From Escherichia coli (GTDB lineage Bacteria > Pseudomonadota > Gammaproteobacteria > Enterobacterales > Enterobacteriaceae): DNA of 44,355 nt. The position numbers were made by a program, and so were the translations under genes. The notes under the pieces are model-generated. The model had not been told where the DNA came from and did not search any database. It saw nothing but the letters and a program-made list of their open reading frames with translations. Positions within the stretch are counted from its first letter, which is position 1. The number at the start of each line of letters is the position of its first letter. This document shows positions 18,589-28,646 of the stretch, piece by piece. The stretch lies in NCBI RefSeq assembly GCF_044324785.1, contig NZ_CP172130.1; one strand, given 5' to 3'.

Positions 18589-18852
18589 TTATCGTCTCTT
18601 CGCCCACTCTTTTTCATCATCGGTGAGTTGTTCTTTATGCAAATAATCACCAGGGACAGGGGGAGGAGTAACCAGTTTAGGACGCCCATTATCATCACGA
18701 ACCGTCACCAGACCAACTACCTCACCATTTTCTTTAAGCGCCCATGCAGCCAGTTGGTATACTGTTGACTTTCCTGCCACACCGGAGACATTATCGTGAC
18801 GGAAATACCAGTCTGTCGCAGGGATAATTTGTTTGTAGGATGTATTACTCAT
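18589..18852 (-). CDS. Hypothetical protein (87 aa) downstream of hns
   Basis: ORF co-directional with hns-hha-topB; followed by a hairpin plus T-rich stretch on the minus strand (about 18548..18580). Confidence 0.5.
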   Translation of the reverse strand: MSNTSYKQIIPATDWYFRHDNVSGVAGKSTVYQLAAWALKENGEVVGLVTVRDDNGRPKLVTPPPVPGDYLHKEQLTDDEKEWAKRR

Positions 18853-18902
18853 GGATTTTCTTCCTTAACAAAATGATGATATAAAACTATATCCTTGCCA
18901 TA

Positions 18903-19364
18903 TTACTGCTCATCTGTTACTCCGTTCAAACTCTTATTGATACGAAAATCTTCCAGAGAACGCCCGGCTTTCAACGCTTCATCAATCGGTTTTGGCGCAC
19001 GTCCACGACCAGACCAGTATTTCGTTTCACCATTTTCTTCAAATTGATACTTGGGTGGCGCTTTTGGTAACGTTTTTTTACGTGATTTTGGTGCTTCTTC
19101 GGACAGACCAAGCAGTTCTTCCGGTGAGAAACCCTCTCCGGCGATTAACTGAAGCAGTTCCTGACGTTTCCGTTCACGCTCTGCTCGTTCAGCCGCTTCA
19201 CGTTCAGCATCTTCACGACGTTCTTCAATAACAACGTTGAGCTTTTCCTGCATTTCGAGCAACTGCTCAAAATCAATCTCACGGGCAAACACACGCAATG
19301 AACGAATATTCATCATAGTCCGGCTGATAATGCCGTATTCATCTTCTTTAGTCAGTTCGCTCAT
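18903..19364 (-). CDS. hns: Plasmid-encoded H-NS-family nucleoid-associated protein
   Basis: 153 aa; N-terminal coiled-coil oligomerisation region and C-terminal DNA-binding motif (YWSGRGRAPK) characteristic of H-NS. Confidence 0.8.
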   Translation of the reverse strand: MSELTKEDEYGIISRTMMNIRSLRVFAREIDFEQLLEMQEKLNVVIEERREDAEREAAERAERERKRQELLQLIAGEGFSPEELLGLSEEAPKSRKKTLPKAPPKYQFEENGETKYWSGRGRAPKPIDEALKAGRSLEDFRINKSLNGVTDEQ

Positions 19365-19379
19365 AATTAATCCTCTTGT

Positions 19380-19586
19380 TTAATGGACGTACTTCCATAC
19401 GCCGGAAGGAACCTTATCATAAAGTTTATTCATCACCAGTTCTGCACGGCGGTGATCTGCGGCAGAATAAAATGCCTCTGATTCTGATAAAGGCAGCTTG
19501 TAACGGTTAATCTCAATAACTTTTTCAAGAGTATCTCTTGATGTACATTTTCTTAACTGAAAAAGCCATTCCTGCTTTGTTTTCAC
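19380..19586 (-). CDS. hha: Hha/YmoA-family H-NS co-regulator
   Basis: 68-aa protein with Hha-like sequence (…[15 protein letters not shown]…); sits between topB and hns. Confidence 0.75.
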   Translation of the reverse strand: MKTKQEWLFQLRKCTSRDTLEKVIEINRYKLPLSESEAFYSAADHRRAELVMNKLYDKVPSGVWKYVH

Positions 19587-21736
19587 TTCTTAGCCCTTGC
19601 CGGAAAACCCAGCTTCCCTGTTTTCTTATCCTCAAGGACAAGAACTGTATCATACGTTCCACCACTTTTCTTTTTAAATCCCTTAATCAAATCGGTTTTC
19701 CCTGATTTAACCAGTTTTTCGGCCTGTGCCTGGGTGATTTTCTTACCAGAAAACTCACTCCAGATTTTAAATTCACATCCGGTACAGAAATAACCTTTCG
19801 GCCTGATAACAATATGTTTACCACAGGAAGGGCAGGGAGAGTCCAGGCGTTGAAACTGCCCTGCTGGCGCAGCGGGTTCAATCTTCATCTCGCCCAGGTC
19901 AACATCAGAAATCATGCCTGTCAGTTCACCGTACAGCTCATTAATAAACTCTTCAACCGTCAGGTCGCCATTTTCAATGGCTGTCTGCTTTTCAGACCAT
20001 AATGCTGTCATATCAGGATTAACCGCTATACCAGGCAGGGCATCAATAAGCGCATATCCGGTATCAGTAGGAATAAGTTTCCCTTTTTCCAGCGTGATAT
20101 AGTTTCTTTTCTTCAGCGTTTCCAGAATGGCTGCGCGGGTAGCTGGCGTACCAATGCCACCATGTTCATCTTTTTTGTCTTTATCCTTATCCTTCAACAA
20201 TTTTTTAATTGTTGGATCAGTGACAAAATCCGCGACACGAACAAGCGCAGCAAGCAAGGAGGCTTCGGTGAATAACGGCGGCGGTGTTGTTTTCTTCTCA
20301 TTAACAATAACTTCTTTTGTCGTCAGTGTTTCTCCTGTGCGAATTTTACAGAGCAGTTCAAAAGCGGAATCATCATTATCTTCTGATTCACCTTCGTCTG
20401 TGGTTTCCGCGCCAAGAAACGCCTCAAATCCGCTGTCAGTTGTTTTTCTGGCACGGGCATAGAACGACTCATCACCACACTGAATGGCAACCGATACTTC
20501 CTGGTATGCTTTTTCAGGCATGAACTGAACAAGATAGTGTTGTGCGATCGCCAGGTAAACATTGCGCTCGTCGGTACTGAGTGCGTTAACATCAGGCACA
20601 CTGGCGGTCGGGATTATCGCAGTATGCGCAGTCACCTTTGCACTGTTAAACGCCTTGCTTTTACGTGAAGAATCAATATCCAGCGACTGAGGAAAGACTG
20701 ATTTCAGGGCATCGATAACCTGCGGCGCTTCGCTGAATTGTTCATCAGAAAGATATGAGCAATCAGAGCGGTTATAAGTAATCGCTTTATATTTTTCACG
20801 TAATTGTTGCGTAATATCCAGCGTTTTTTGTGCCGTCATTTTGAACTTTTTGTTCATGTATTGCTGGAGTCTGACCAGGTTAAACGGCAACGGCGCAGCC
20901 GTTTTTTTATCATCAGTTGCTGCCGCTTCAACTGTAGCCGGTTTTCCTGCAAGGGATGCTGCCGTTCCGTCTGCCCACGCTTTATCAAGTAATTTACGGT
21001 CTGTCAGCGGAGCAAATTCCCCTGGCTTCCAGTTCGCCCTGATAACATCAGCACCACGCTGAAAGACTCCGGTCATGGTGTAGTAAAAACTGGATTTATG
21101 GTTCTGGTTAGCACGGGTACGATTCACAATCAGGCCAAGAACGGGCGTCTGGACGCGCCCGACAGACAGAACGCCCTGATATCCTCTGGCTTTTGCAGGA
21201 ATGGTGTAAGCACGCGTCATGGAGAAGCCATAGACGGCATCAGCAACTGAACGCGCCAGCGCCTTAAGGTAAAGCCCTTTGAAATCACGATTATCTTTAA
21301 GATTTGCCAGTGCCTTTTTCACTGCCGGAAGCGTGTTGTCGTTAATCAGAACGCGCTTTACGGGTTTTGTGTTTCCTGCATATTCCAGGACTTCATCAAC
21401 AAGTAGCTGTCCCTCATCATCAGGATCGCCAGCGTGAACAATTTCAGTCACGTCTCCACGTCTGATAAGTTCGAGAATCGTTTTAACCTGTTTTGCTGCA
21501 CTTTCAACAGGCTGATACTTCACGGGATAAAGACGTAAAGGAAGCGTTTCAACCTTCCAGGCTTTGTATTCAGGATTATAGTTTTCCGGCGGTTGTGATT
21601 CGATAATATGACCAAAACAGTTAGTCACAATGGCGTTATCACTTTCAAACCAGCCATCATGACGGGTGAAATTGCCCCCAAGAGCCTTAACAATATCATT
21701 TGCTACTGCGGGTTTTTCTGCAATAAAAAGTTTCAT
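19583..21736 (-). CDS. topB: DNA topoisomerase III (type IA) with C-terminal zinc-ribbon domains
   Basis: 717 aa; N-terminal TOPRIM (MKLFIAEKP...), type IA core, C-terminal Cys-rich repeats (CPSCGK..., CTGC...). Confidence 0.85.
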   Translation of the reverse strand: MKLFIAEKPAVANDIVKALGGNFTRHDGWFESDNAIVTNCFGHIIESQPPENYNPEYKAWKVETLPLRLYPVKYQPVESAAKQVKTILELIRRGDVTEIVHAGDPDDEGQLLVDEVLEYAGNTKPVKRVLINDNTLPAVKKALANLKDNRDFKGLYLKALARSVADAVYGFSMTRAYTIPAKARGYQGVLSVGRVQTPVLGLIVNRTRANQNHKSSFYYTMTGVFQRGADVIRANWKPGEFAPLTDRKLLDKAWADGTAASLAGKPATVEAAATDDKKTAAPLPFNLVRLQQYMNKKFKMTAQKTLDITQQLREKYKAITYNRSDCSYLSDEQFSEAPQVIDALKSVFPQSLDIDSSRKSKAFNSAKVTAHTAIIPTASVPDVNALSTDERNVYLAIAQHYLVQFMPEKAYQEVSVAIQCGDESFYARARKTTDSGFEAFLGAETTDEGESEDNDDSAFELLCKIRTGETLTTKEVIVNEKKTTPPPLFTEASLLAALVRVADFVTDPTIKKLLKDKDKDKKDEHGGIGTPATRAAILETLKKRNYITLEKGKLIPTDTGYALIDALPGIAVNPDMTALWSEKQTAIENGDLTVEEFINELYGELTGMISDVDLGEMKIEPAAPAGQFQRLDSPCPSCGKHIVIRPKGYFCTGCEFKIWSEFSGKKITQAQAEKLVKSGKTDLIKGFKKKSGGTYDTVLVLEDKKTGKLGFPARAKK

Positions 21737-21740
21737 TTTG

Positions 21741-22328
21741 TTATCCTTTACATTGAATTAATCTTTTGGCACAACGGATAGCGCGTTCTTCTGATACTTC
21801 CTGTTGCCAGTTATCTTCACTTACAGGTTGTTTGAATCTGCGCTCACAGCCATTAAAGGCAAAAATTCCCTCACGGTTAAGTATATTAGTTGCAATATCC
21901 CAGTCTTTAATTCTCAAAAAGGCTGTTACAGCAAAACCAGAATACGAAGCAATTTTTGAAATGATGCATTCATCAGCTTTTATTAACGCGGCAAAAGGAA
22001 CTATCTTCTGATGACCACACGAAATCATAGGGAGTGTGTGAATATCATAATAAGCTATTGAATGACAATCCATGCGGGTGTCATCAATAGCTGCCAGCCA
22101 GAATCCTGTCTGGTCTTTTATTTTTCTGCTAATATCAGAATCTGAAACACCAGGATTTAATAAATATCCACCATAGCAGACATGGAAGGGGTGAACAGAT
22201 TCATCAATATCAGGAAGTTCTTTTACCGGATTTTCTTTCCAGTCCTTCAGAACACCAAATTCAAGAGCATCCAGCAAAAACTTTCGTTCAAATCCATCAA
22301 ACAATGCATATTGCATAATAACCACCAA
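21741..22328 (-). CDS. Hypothetical protein (195 aa)
   Basis: ORF 5 bp upstream of topB on the same strand; no recognised motif. True start may be the internal ATG (MQYALF...). Confidence 0.5.
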   Translation of the reverse strand: MVVIMQYALFDGFERKFLLDALEFGVLKDWKENPVKELPDIDESVHPFHVCYGGYLLNPGVSDSDISRKIKDQTGFWLAAIDDTRMDCHSIAYYDIHTLPMISCGHQKIVPFAALIKADECIISKIASYSGFAVTAFLRIKDWDIATNILNREGIFAFNGCERRFKQPVSEDNWQQEVSEERAIRCAKRLIQCKG

Positions 22329-22340
22329 AGAGTATCTGAT

Positions 22341-22958
22341 TTATATAACTAATGCACTTTCAATAGACGGTTGTCTTTTGAATAAAGAACAATCTGTATT
22401 CAATCGTTCAGACTGAATAGTGTGAAGTAAAAGGCTTTCTTCTCTGGACAGAAGGAAGTCACCCCATTCGAACTCTTTCCACATATCATGACTGTTTTCA
22501 CCAGGCTTATTTAATAAGGACTCCATTTTGGGCTGGATTCTGGCTGGAGGATTATTTTCATAAGCTGAATGTACCCTGTCACTCCACTTATCAAAAGAAC
22601 CATTTAATAGAATTTCCTGTGATACCATATCAAAATCATCATCTTCTATATAGGTATTTACCCGATGATAAATCAATCCCATATCTTCAATATCCCAGGT
22701 GTATATAGTAGTAAACCATCTTAATTTTTTATCTGTTTGCAAAACGAGGCCATTGACTGACTTTCTTCCTTTTCGCATTCCAACCCATAAACATTTGTTA
22801 GGCCACGGTCTCCCCACAGATAATGATTTATCATCAATAGTTAAATTAAGTTCAGGTATGGAGATAGATTTAAGACTACATTTATTAGCCATTCGATGAA
22901 AAAGTTTAGGTACAATATGCAAGTACATATAGATTTCCTTTATCTTTAGTGTGCTCAA
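22341..22958 (-). CDS. Hypothetical protein (205 aa)
   Basis: Co-directional, tightly spaced with neighbours; AT-rich; no recognised motif. Confidence 0.5.
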   Translation of the reverse strand: MSTLKIKEIYMYLHIVPKLFHRMANKCSLKSISIPELNLTIDDKSLSVGRPWPNKCLWVGMRKGRKSVNGLVLQTDKKLRWFTTIYTWDIEDMGLIYHRVNTYIEDDDFDMVSQEILLNGSFDKWSDRVHSAYENNPPARIQPKMESLLNKPGENSHDMWKEFEWGDFLLSREESLLLHTIQSERLNTDCSLFKRQPSIESALVI

Positions 22959-23275
22959 ATAAGTCCTGATTTGTTGATATCGATACCAGACTTATCAGCA
23001 AGAGCGACCAAAAACTTTTCCTGTGAATCAAGCCAACCACTTACCCACGGATATTCATCCAGAATTTCAGGATGTTGATTCTTTATAAGTTCAAGCAGTT
23101 CTCTGTTTTCAGATATTCGCTTATTAACACCGCCCTGTGTGCGCTTTATCGTTTCAGACAGTGAATTGAGTCTGTAATGGACACGCCTGTAATATTTAAC
23201 AACTATAAATAAAATCACAATCAAAGCTATAACCCATACGCAGAACAATACTTCTGAAAATAAATGGATATTCAT
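22955..23275 (-). CDS. Hypothetical membrane-anchored protein (106 aa, one N-terminal transmembrane helix)
   Basis: Hydrophobic N-terminus LFCVWVIALIVILFIVV; 4-bp overlap with the downstream gene. Confidence 0.5.
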   Translation of the reverse strand: MNIHLFSEVLFCVWVIALIVILFIVVKYYRRVHYRLNSLSETIKRTQGGVNKRISENRELLELIKNQHPEILDEYPWVSGWLDSQEKFLVALADKSGIDINKSGLI

Positions 23276-23334
23276 TTAAGCCTCCTTAATTTTATGCCGC
23301 CATTTCATCCATTATGACTGTGAAGTATTCAGCA

Positions 23335-23739
23335 TTAGTATTCATCTTCATAAGGTAGCCAATCGTAATCGTTTGAGTTCCAGTCAATTGGAAGAAATGG
23401 CTCTGTTTGTTTATGGCAGGAGAGGCAAACATAAATATTTTTCTCTTTATGAAAAATCATCGACTTACATTTATCACAGTCGCACCAACCCTCGACTGGT
23501 TCAGGGCATTCAGGTAATTCTATCTCCTGATGTTTACCATATTTTTTCCATTCCTCGGCATCCTGATAACCTCCCCATACTGCTTGTGTAAAACTGTCGA
23601 TATAGTCACCTGACTTATTTTTATCAAAATTAAATTTATATACTTCGCCATTTAGTTCAAATGACAGATCAAGGTCAGGTAGTAATTGCTTTTCGAAGCG
23701 TTGTTGTAACTCTTTCTTTTCTTTGGGGGATAAAGCCAT
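23335..23739 (-). CDS. Hypothetical Cys-rich protein (134 aa), putative zinc ribbon
   Basis: C-terminal CPEPVEGWCDCDKC...CLSCHK cluster. Confidence 0.5.
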   Translation of the reverse strand: MALSPKEKKELQQRFEKQLLPDLDLSFELNGEVYKFNFDKNKSGDYIDSFTQAVWGGYQDAEEWKKYGKHQEIELPECPEPVEGWCDCDKCKSMIFHKEKNIYVCLSCHKQTEPFLPIDWNSNDYDWLPYEDEY

Positions 23740-23754
23740 AAAAACCTCTATCAG

Positions 23755-24291
23755 TTAGTTATGTTTGTATCGCCACTCCCACGGTGGAACCGGATTTGCA
23801 TCGGCCCACAAACCGCGTTTTTGTTCCTGAGCTTCCCGTTGTAGAGCCGGTAATGACTCATCCACGTTGTAACGTTCATATACCCATGCAGCGCCAGACT
23901 GAACCATAAAGCGGCTGGCATCCGTGCCGTTCGTCGTGAACACATGACCGATAATGCGTCCGTAGCGGTCTTTATGTGAATAAGAGACTGTCACCTGTTT
24001 ACCTGCAACCAGAGTTTTAAGCTGACTAGTTGACCAGCGTCCAAAAGGTTGTTTCTTTTCAGGGGCATCGATGTTTATCAATCGGACTCGGATCGGAACT
24101 TCATACACAACAATTTTTGCGGGTAGTGTTTTAATTTCTATAGTGTCGCCATCGAGAACACGAATAACTTTCCCCTGGATTTCCAGGTTTAATGTAGAAA
24201 GTATTCCTGCTAAAGCACCAGGTATTCCACCTGCATTTGCAGACTGAAAAGCAGTAAACAGGAATAAAATCACGCTTAAAAAAATCCTCAT
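23755..24291 (-). CDS. Secreted thermonuclease (SNase-like) family nuclease
   Basis: N-terminal signal peptide (MRIFLSVILFLFTAFQSANA); conserved SNase-like motifs (VIRVLDGDTI, RLINIDAPE, KDRYGRI..., GLWAD). Confidence 0.75.
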   Translation of the reverse strand: MRIFLSVILFLFTAFQSANAGGIPGALAGILSTLNLEIQGKVIRVLDGDTIEIKTLPAKIVVYEVPIRVRLINIDAPEKKQPFGRWSTSQLKTLVAGKQVTVSYSHKDRYGRIIGHVFTTNGTDASRFMVQSGAAWVYERYNVDESLPALQREAQEQKRGLWADANPVPPWEWRYKHN

Positions 24292-24722
24292 TCAACGTCT
24301 CCTTTTCTCTTTCTACGATAAAATAGTTCTTCCAGTGCACAAAAATTAAAGGTAAACCAGACCACAAAGCCAATAACAACTGACGACCAATAAAAATATC
24401 GAATAGAACCGTCAACAGATTCCTGCCAGTCAGCAGCATCAACTAACGTTGTTATACATTTATTTTTTAATACATGTTCAGTTGTGGAGTTTGTCAACTC
24501 CATATCCTGTGGTACGCCCTTTTCGAAAAGACAGACGTTAACCTTATCAGAAGGAGTATCGGTTATAAGCCCCCTAGCCTCTTTTAAAAATGAACCAGCA
24601 GTTGAGTTATTAAACGAAAAAAACATAAAAACAACAAATAAAGATATTGATGGGGCTGTGATAAAACTAAAAACAAAAACTTGCCGAAGCATACGATTGA
24701 CATAACTAAATTTATTCATCAT
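24288..24722 (-). CDS. Hypothetical integral membrane protein (144 aa)
   Basis: Several hydrophobic segments; 4-bp overlap with the nuclease gene. Confidence 0.5.
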   Translation of the reverse strand: MMNKFSYVNRMLRQVFVFSFITAPSISLFVVFMFFSFNNSTAGSFLKEARGLITDTPSDKVNVCLFEKGVPQDMELTNSTTEHVLKNKCITTLVDAADWQESVDGSIRYFYWSSVVIGFVVWFTFNFCALEELFYRRKRKGDVE

Positions 24723-24803
24723 AAAACTAACGCCCTTCGGTTGTTCAACCCCGCAAATTCCAGATTAAAATCTGGAATCTGCGGCGTTTACATTTATCTC
24801 TGT

Positions 24804-25061
24804 TCAGAAGAATTCTGGATAAATTTTAACCTCATTAATTTCTTCAACTGAAATACGCTCTGGCATAGTCCTCGAACAATACTTTGTGAGAGGAGTTTCT
24901 TTGCAGTTACCTGCTTTACCGGGCGCAATCGTTGCCTCGTAGTTATGAATGATGGCGTTCATAGTCTTATCATCCAATGCATGAGCAGGATTACCAGCTA
25001 TAAAGCCAGAGTGCCCTGCTTTTATTGCATTAAGAAAATCAATCTTTTCTTTTTTTTTCAT
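24804..25061 (-). CDS. Hypothetical protein (85 aa)
   Basis: ORF within the transfer-region gene string. Confidence 0.4.
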   Translation of the reverse strand: MKKKEKIDFLNAIKAGHSGFIAGNPAHALDDKTMNAIIHNYEATIAPGKAGNCKETPLTKYCSRTMPERISVEEINEVKIYPEFF

Positions 25062-25066
25062 ATCAT

Positions 25067-25369
25067 CTACCCCTTAATCTTACCGAACTTACTCATGATT
25101 TTCGATATAGCAGCAGGATCAGCCGTTGAACACTGATTCAGAAATGCTTTACGGGCATCAAAAGTTTTACTCCAGCGAATGCTTCCTTTTTTCTTTTTCA
25201 GAATATTAAAAAAATCCTTTTCAGCACTTCTGCACTCACTCCCTCCACCTTGCCCGACTGCTTTTCCATATAAGCAAAGTACCGAAGCGCAAGGGTCAGA
25301 TGCATACGCAGGTGCTGTCAGCCAGGACACAGTAAAAATTACGATTAGACTTTTGCATATCTTTTTCAT
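25067..25369 (-). CDS. Small secreted Cys-containing protein (100 aa)
   Basis: Signal peptide MKKICKSLIVIFTVSWLTAPAYA. Confidence 0.5.
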   Translation of the reverse strand: MKKICKSLIVIFTVSWLTAPAYASDPCASVLCLYGKAVGQGGGSECRSAEKDFFNILKKKKGSIRWSKTFDARKAFLNQCSTADPAAISKIMSKFGKIKG

Positions 25370-25779
25370 GGTAACCTCTGAACATTTATTCTTGACAGAT
25401 AAATTTCAACATAGTCATTATTCAACCATCTTTTTAGTGGCTGATATTCAATAACACCTGTTGCACCATTTTTTCTTAGCCAGTCTTTCGCTGACCAGTA
25501 ACTATCAAAAGAAGATGTCCTTACAACTATTTTTTCAGAGTGGGCAACTGCATAAAAAACAGAATCATCGTAAAGACGATTTTCTGGTTTAAAATCAGGC
25601 AACACCTTACTCCATAAGGAATTTATATTATCTGATTTAATAACGTTAGATGTTGGTGTCCAGTTCATTATTTGTGTATTCATAACTTCAGGCCGTCTTT
25701 CCCATTCAACCTGTGGCGGTTCAGGTGGAGAGGAACAGGCTGTGAGGAGAAGAATACTGATCATAAGTATTTTTTTCAT
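25366..25779 (-). CDS. Lipoprotein (137 aa) downstream of taxB
   Basis: Lipobox LLTAC after a signal peptide; 4-bp overlaps with both neighbours. Confidence 0.55.
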   Translation of the reverse strand: MKKILMISILLLTACSSPPEPPQVEWERRPEVMNTQIMNWTPTSNVIKSDNINSLWSKVLPDFKPENRLYDDSVFYAVAHSEKIVVRTSSFDSYWSAKDWLRKNGATGVIEYQPLKRWLNNDYVEIYLSRINVQRLP

Positions 25780-27617
25780 AGCAAAACCTCAGACTCCAGC
25801 TCCCCTACGGAGAGCATTTTTTCTTTTGACGGATATTTAAGCCCTTTCACACCAAATATTTTTTTCGTCTTATTTAGTTCCATCGTCAATGATGCCAGTT
25901 TAGGACTGACCTTCATTAACCTGTCCATAAAATACGGATCAAGGTAATAAAGTGCCTTTTCTGCTTTAACAGGGTTCTCCCCCTTCAGGATGATAAATTC
26001 TTCTTTAAAGTCCAGCGTTCCCAGCTCCTGTGGAAGCACCAGTGCTCTTCGGGCTTCACTTTCTGATTCGCCCTGTGAAGCTGATCGTCCCCGGCTCTTG
26101 CTTGTGCTCTTTGATGTGGTTGTAATATACCCAAGTTTTTCTGATATCTTCGCGGCATCATCCTCTTCGCTGACAGCATAGATAATACGGCATGGATGAG
26201 CACTCATCAGCGTTTTGGCTCCCTCAATACCATAGATTTCATTTAGCTGACTGATATTCTGATAAATCGTCAGCAGTTTAAGTTTAAAACCTGCAATATA
26301 CCCTGACCCCTTTTTAATAATTGGCATATAACCAATCGAAGGGAACTCATCAAGAAACATCAGGCAGTCATGTTTCAGGGTGGGATCAAAATCAGGATTT
26401 TCACGCAATGTCACTTCAACAACGAAGTTGAAAAACAGGTTCAGAAAATCGTAAGCCAGAGATATATCTTCCGCATTAACACCGACATAAACAGTGATAT
26501 CTTCCCGTCGCAACTGACGGAGATCGAAATCATTACCATCAGTACATTTACGAACGGTTGGGAGATAAAACAGGCTCATTTTCTTACGGAAAGAACCATC
26601 AATGCTTGAACGCTGTTCATCTTCCGTTTCGTGATATTCCCTGATTTTGGTCAGGGCATCGCGCAAATGATACAACGCGTTTTCATCAAGTCCGTTTGTT
26701 CCCTCCAGTTCTTCCCGCTTACTGAGTATCAGTTCCCTGTCAATATTGCTGTACAGGTCGACGACAGAACCGATTGAGAAAACGGGTTTAAGCCCGAACT
26801 CATTAAGCCAGGACGGCTCATAGTTAATAAAGAAATGAAGCAACTTAGCCAGTCCTGTCCAGTACTGACCAGCAAGGTTATTAAAGTGCGCTTCTGCCCC
26901 TGTCATGCCGTAAGACGGAAACAGAATTTCAATCAGTTTAAGCAGATCCTTAGCACCACTCTCTGCTTTTAAATCAATATAGAAAAGGGGGTTAAACTGA
27001 TGTGTCTTACTGTTGAATGGGTCGAGAAGATAAACTTTATTACCCAGCAGTATTTCACGCACCTTACTGGTGATTTTCCACAATTCCTGTTTTGGATCTA
27101 ACGCAATCAGAGAGTGTTTTCTGACCAGAAGATTAGGGATACCAATGGCGGCACCTTTACCGGCGCGGGTTCCTGCACCAAGAGATACAAAATCCGGGGC
27201 GGTATACCACAGATATTTTCCTTTATACGCGCCGACCAGAATATCCGTATCATTTTCTGTCTCCCACTTAAGCAGTTTTGATTTTTTTAAATCATTGTCA
27301 CTGGCAAACTTCGCATCACCATAAAGAGCAACATCCATTTTATTCAGTTGCCAGATAACAAAAACAGGCACAATGAGAGACGAAACCATACCTGACAAAA
27401 GAGAAGGTATGGCAGTCAGTCTGATATCTGTACGTATATTACTCTCTGTTATTATTTTCCAGAGCAACATGGAATCAAAATTTTTCCATATATACAGTGG
27501 TGTTTTTCCGTTCAGGAAATAAACAGAAACAGAACCAGCATAATAGGTCACGAGACACATAACCAGACCGATAAAAACCCACTGGCCTTTATCGGGGAGT
27601 TTTAAAGACATAATCAC
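25776..27617 (-). CDS. taxB: Type IV coupling protein (VirD4/TraG family)
   Basis: 613 aa; N-terminal transmembrane helices; Walker A GAGTRAGKG; position directly after virB11. Confidence 0.85.
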   Translation of the reverse strand: MIMSLKLPDKGQWVFIGLVMCLVTYYAGSVSVYFLNGKTPLYIWKNFDSMLLWKIITESNIRTDIRLTAIPSLLSGMVSSLIVPVFVIWQLNKMDVALYGDAKFASDNDLKKSKLLKWETENDTDILVGAYKGKYLWYTAPDFVSLGAGTRAGKGAAIGIPNLLVRKHSLIALDPKQELWKITSKVREILLGNKVYLLDPFNSKTHQFNPLFYIDLKAESGAKDLLKLIEILFPSYGMTGAEAHFNNLAGQYWTGLAKLLHFFINYEPSWLNEFGLKPVFSIGSVVDLYSNIDRELILSKREELEGTNGLDENALYHLRDALTKIREYHETEDEQRSSIDGSFRKKMSLFYLPTVRKCTDGNDFDLRQLRREDITVYVGVNAEDISLAYDFLNLFFNFVVEVTLRENPDFDPTLKHDCLMFLDEFPSIGYMPIIKKGSGYIAGFKLKLLTIYQNISQLNEIYGIEGAKTLMSAHPCRIIYAVSEEDDAAKISEKLGYITTTSKSTSKSRGRSASQGESESEARRALVLPQELGTLDFKEEFIILKGENPVKAEKALYYLDPYFMDRLMKVSPKLASLTMELNKTKKIFGVKGLKYPSKEKMLSVGELESEVLL

Positions 27618-28645
27618 TCCTTCAGTTTTCTGAAATAATCATCAAAATGAAGTTGTCTGTAGTAAATGCCGGAAGCGAACCGAAAATCTTCATCATCAAG
27701 GTATTTAATACTCATGATAATATCAATATTACTCAGTACACGTCTTAAAATGACATTGAATGGTAGATTCTGACATTCAGGATTCATATAACATCGCTGG
27801 ACAATCCCAAGCACGGCATATTCAGGACTACTTTCGTGAACGGTGGTAATGTTTCCTGCATGGCCTGAACTCGATGCTTTCAGAAAATCCCATGCCTCAG
27901 CTCCCCTGATTTCTGTCATCAGAATCCTGTCCGGATTCATACGAAAACAGGAACGCAGAAGACTCGCTGAGGTAATAATCTTACTCTCCCCCTCTGCCGG
28001 ATAGTAAAGTTTTACATGGTTTTTATGAAATCTGAATTTTGCCTCATCAGTATCTTCAATAGAAATACACCGCAGATGATGCGGTATATATTCCAGACAG
28101 GCATTTGCAAAGGTGGTTTTACCTGACCCTGTTCCTCCACAGAAAACTATCGTTTTCCCCTGACTCAGTGATTCAGGTATAACCCGTTCAAAATATCCGG
28201 AAGTGATTAAAGCAGAAATATTATCTTCCATAACAGAGTCACCACTTAAACCACTGACGCGTGAATAAAATCCCTGTTTTATAAATTTGTCATGACTGAT
28301 AAAAATACCTGACGGCTTACGGATTGTTATAGAAACAGTATCTTTTTCAGTTGCCGGTGGGATCACAACCTGAACACGTTCTCCACCCGGAAGCGTGGCA
28401 GAACGCAGGGGATATTCAGGAGTCACAGAACCGCCGTCATGAAAATCGGCCAGTGTGGATGCAAAAGAAAGACAATCACTGTAACTCATCTTTTGTTCAT
28501 ACCATTGCCACTTTCCCCTGACCTTTATAAATATTTCTCCTGGTCGGTTAACAGCGATTTCCGTGACACCATCAGTCTCATTCAGCCAGTGATAAAAATA
28601 GTCGTTAACCACATCATAAATCAGATGTCTGTTTTCGTTATTCAC
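27614..28645 (-). CDS. pilX11: T4SS ATPase VirB11 homologue
   Basis: 343 aa; Walker A GGTGSGKTT. Confidence 0.85.
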   Translation of the reverse strand: MNNENRHLIYDVVNDYFYHWLNETDGVTEIAVNRPGEIFIKVRGKWQWYEQKMSYSDCLSFASTLADFHDGGSVTPEYPLRSATLPGGERVQVVIPPATEKDTVSITIRKPSGIFISHDKFIKQGFYSRVSGLSGDSVMEDNISALITSGYFERVIPESLSQGKTIVFCGGTGSGKTTFANACLEYIPHHLRCISIEDTDEAKFRFHKNHVKLYYPAEGESKIITSASLLRSCFRMNPDRILMTEIRGAEAWDFLKASSSGHAGNITTVHESSPEYAVLGIVQRCYMNPECQNLPFNVILRRVLSNIDIIMSIKYLDDEDFRFASGIYYRQLHFDDYFRKLKE

Positions 28646-28646
28646 A

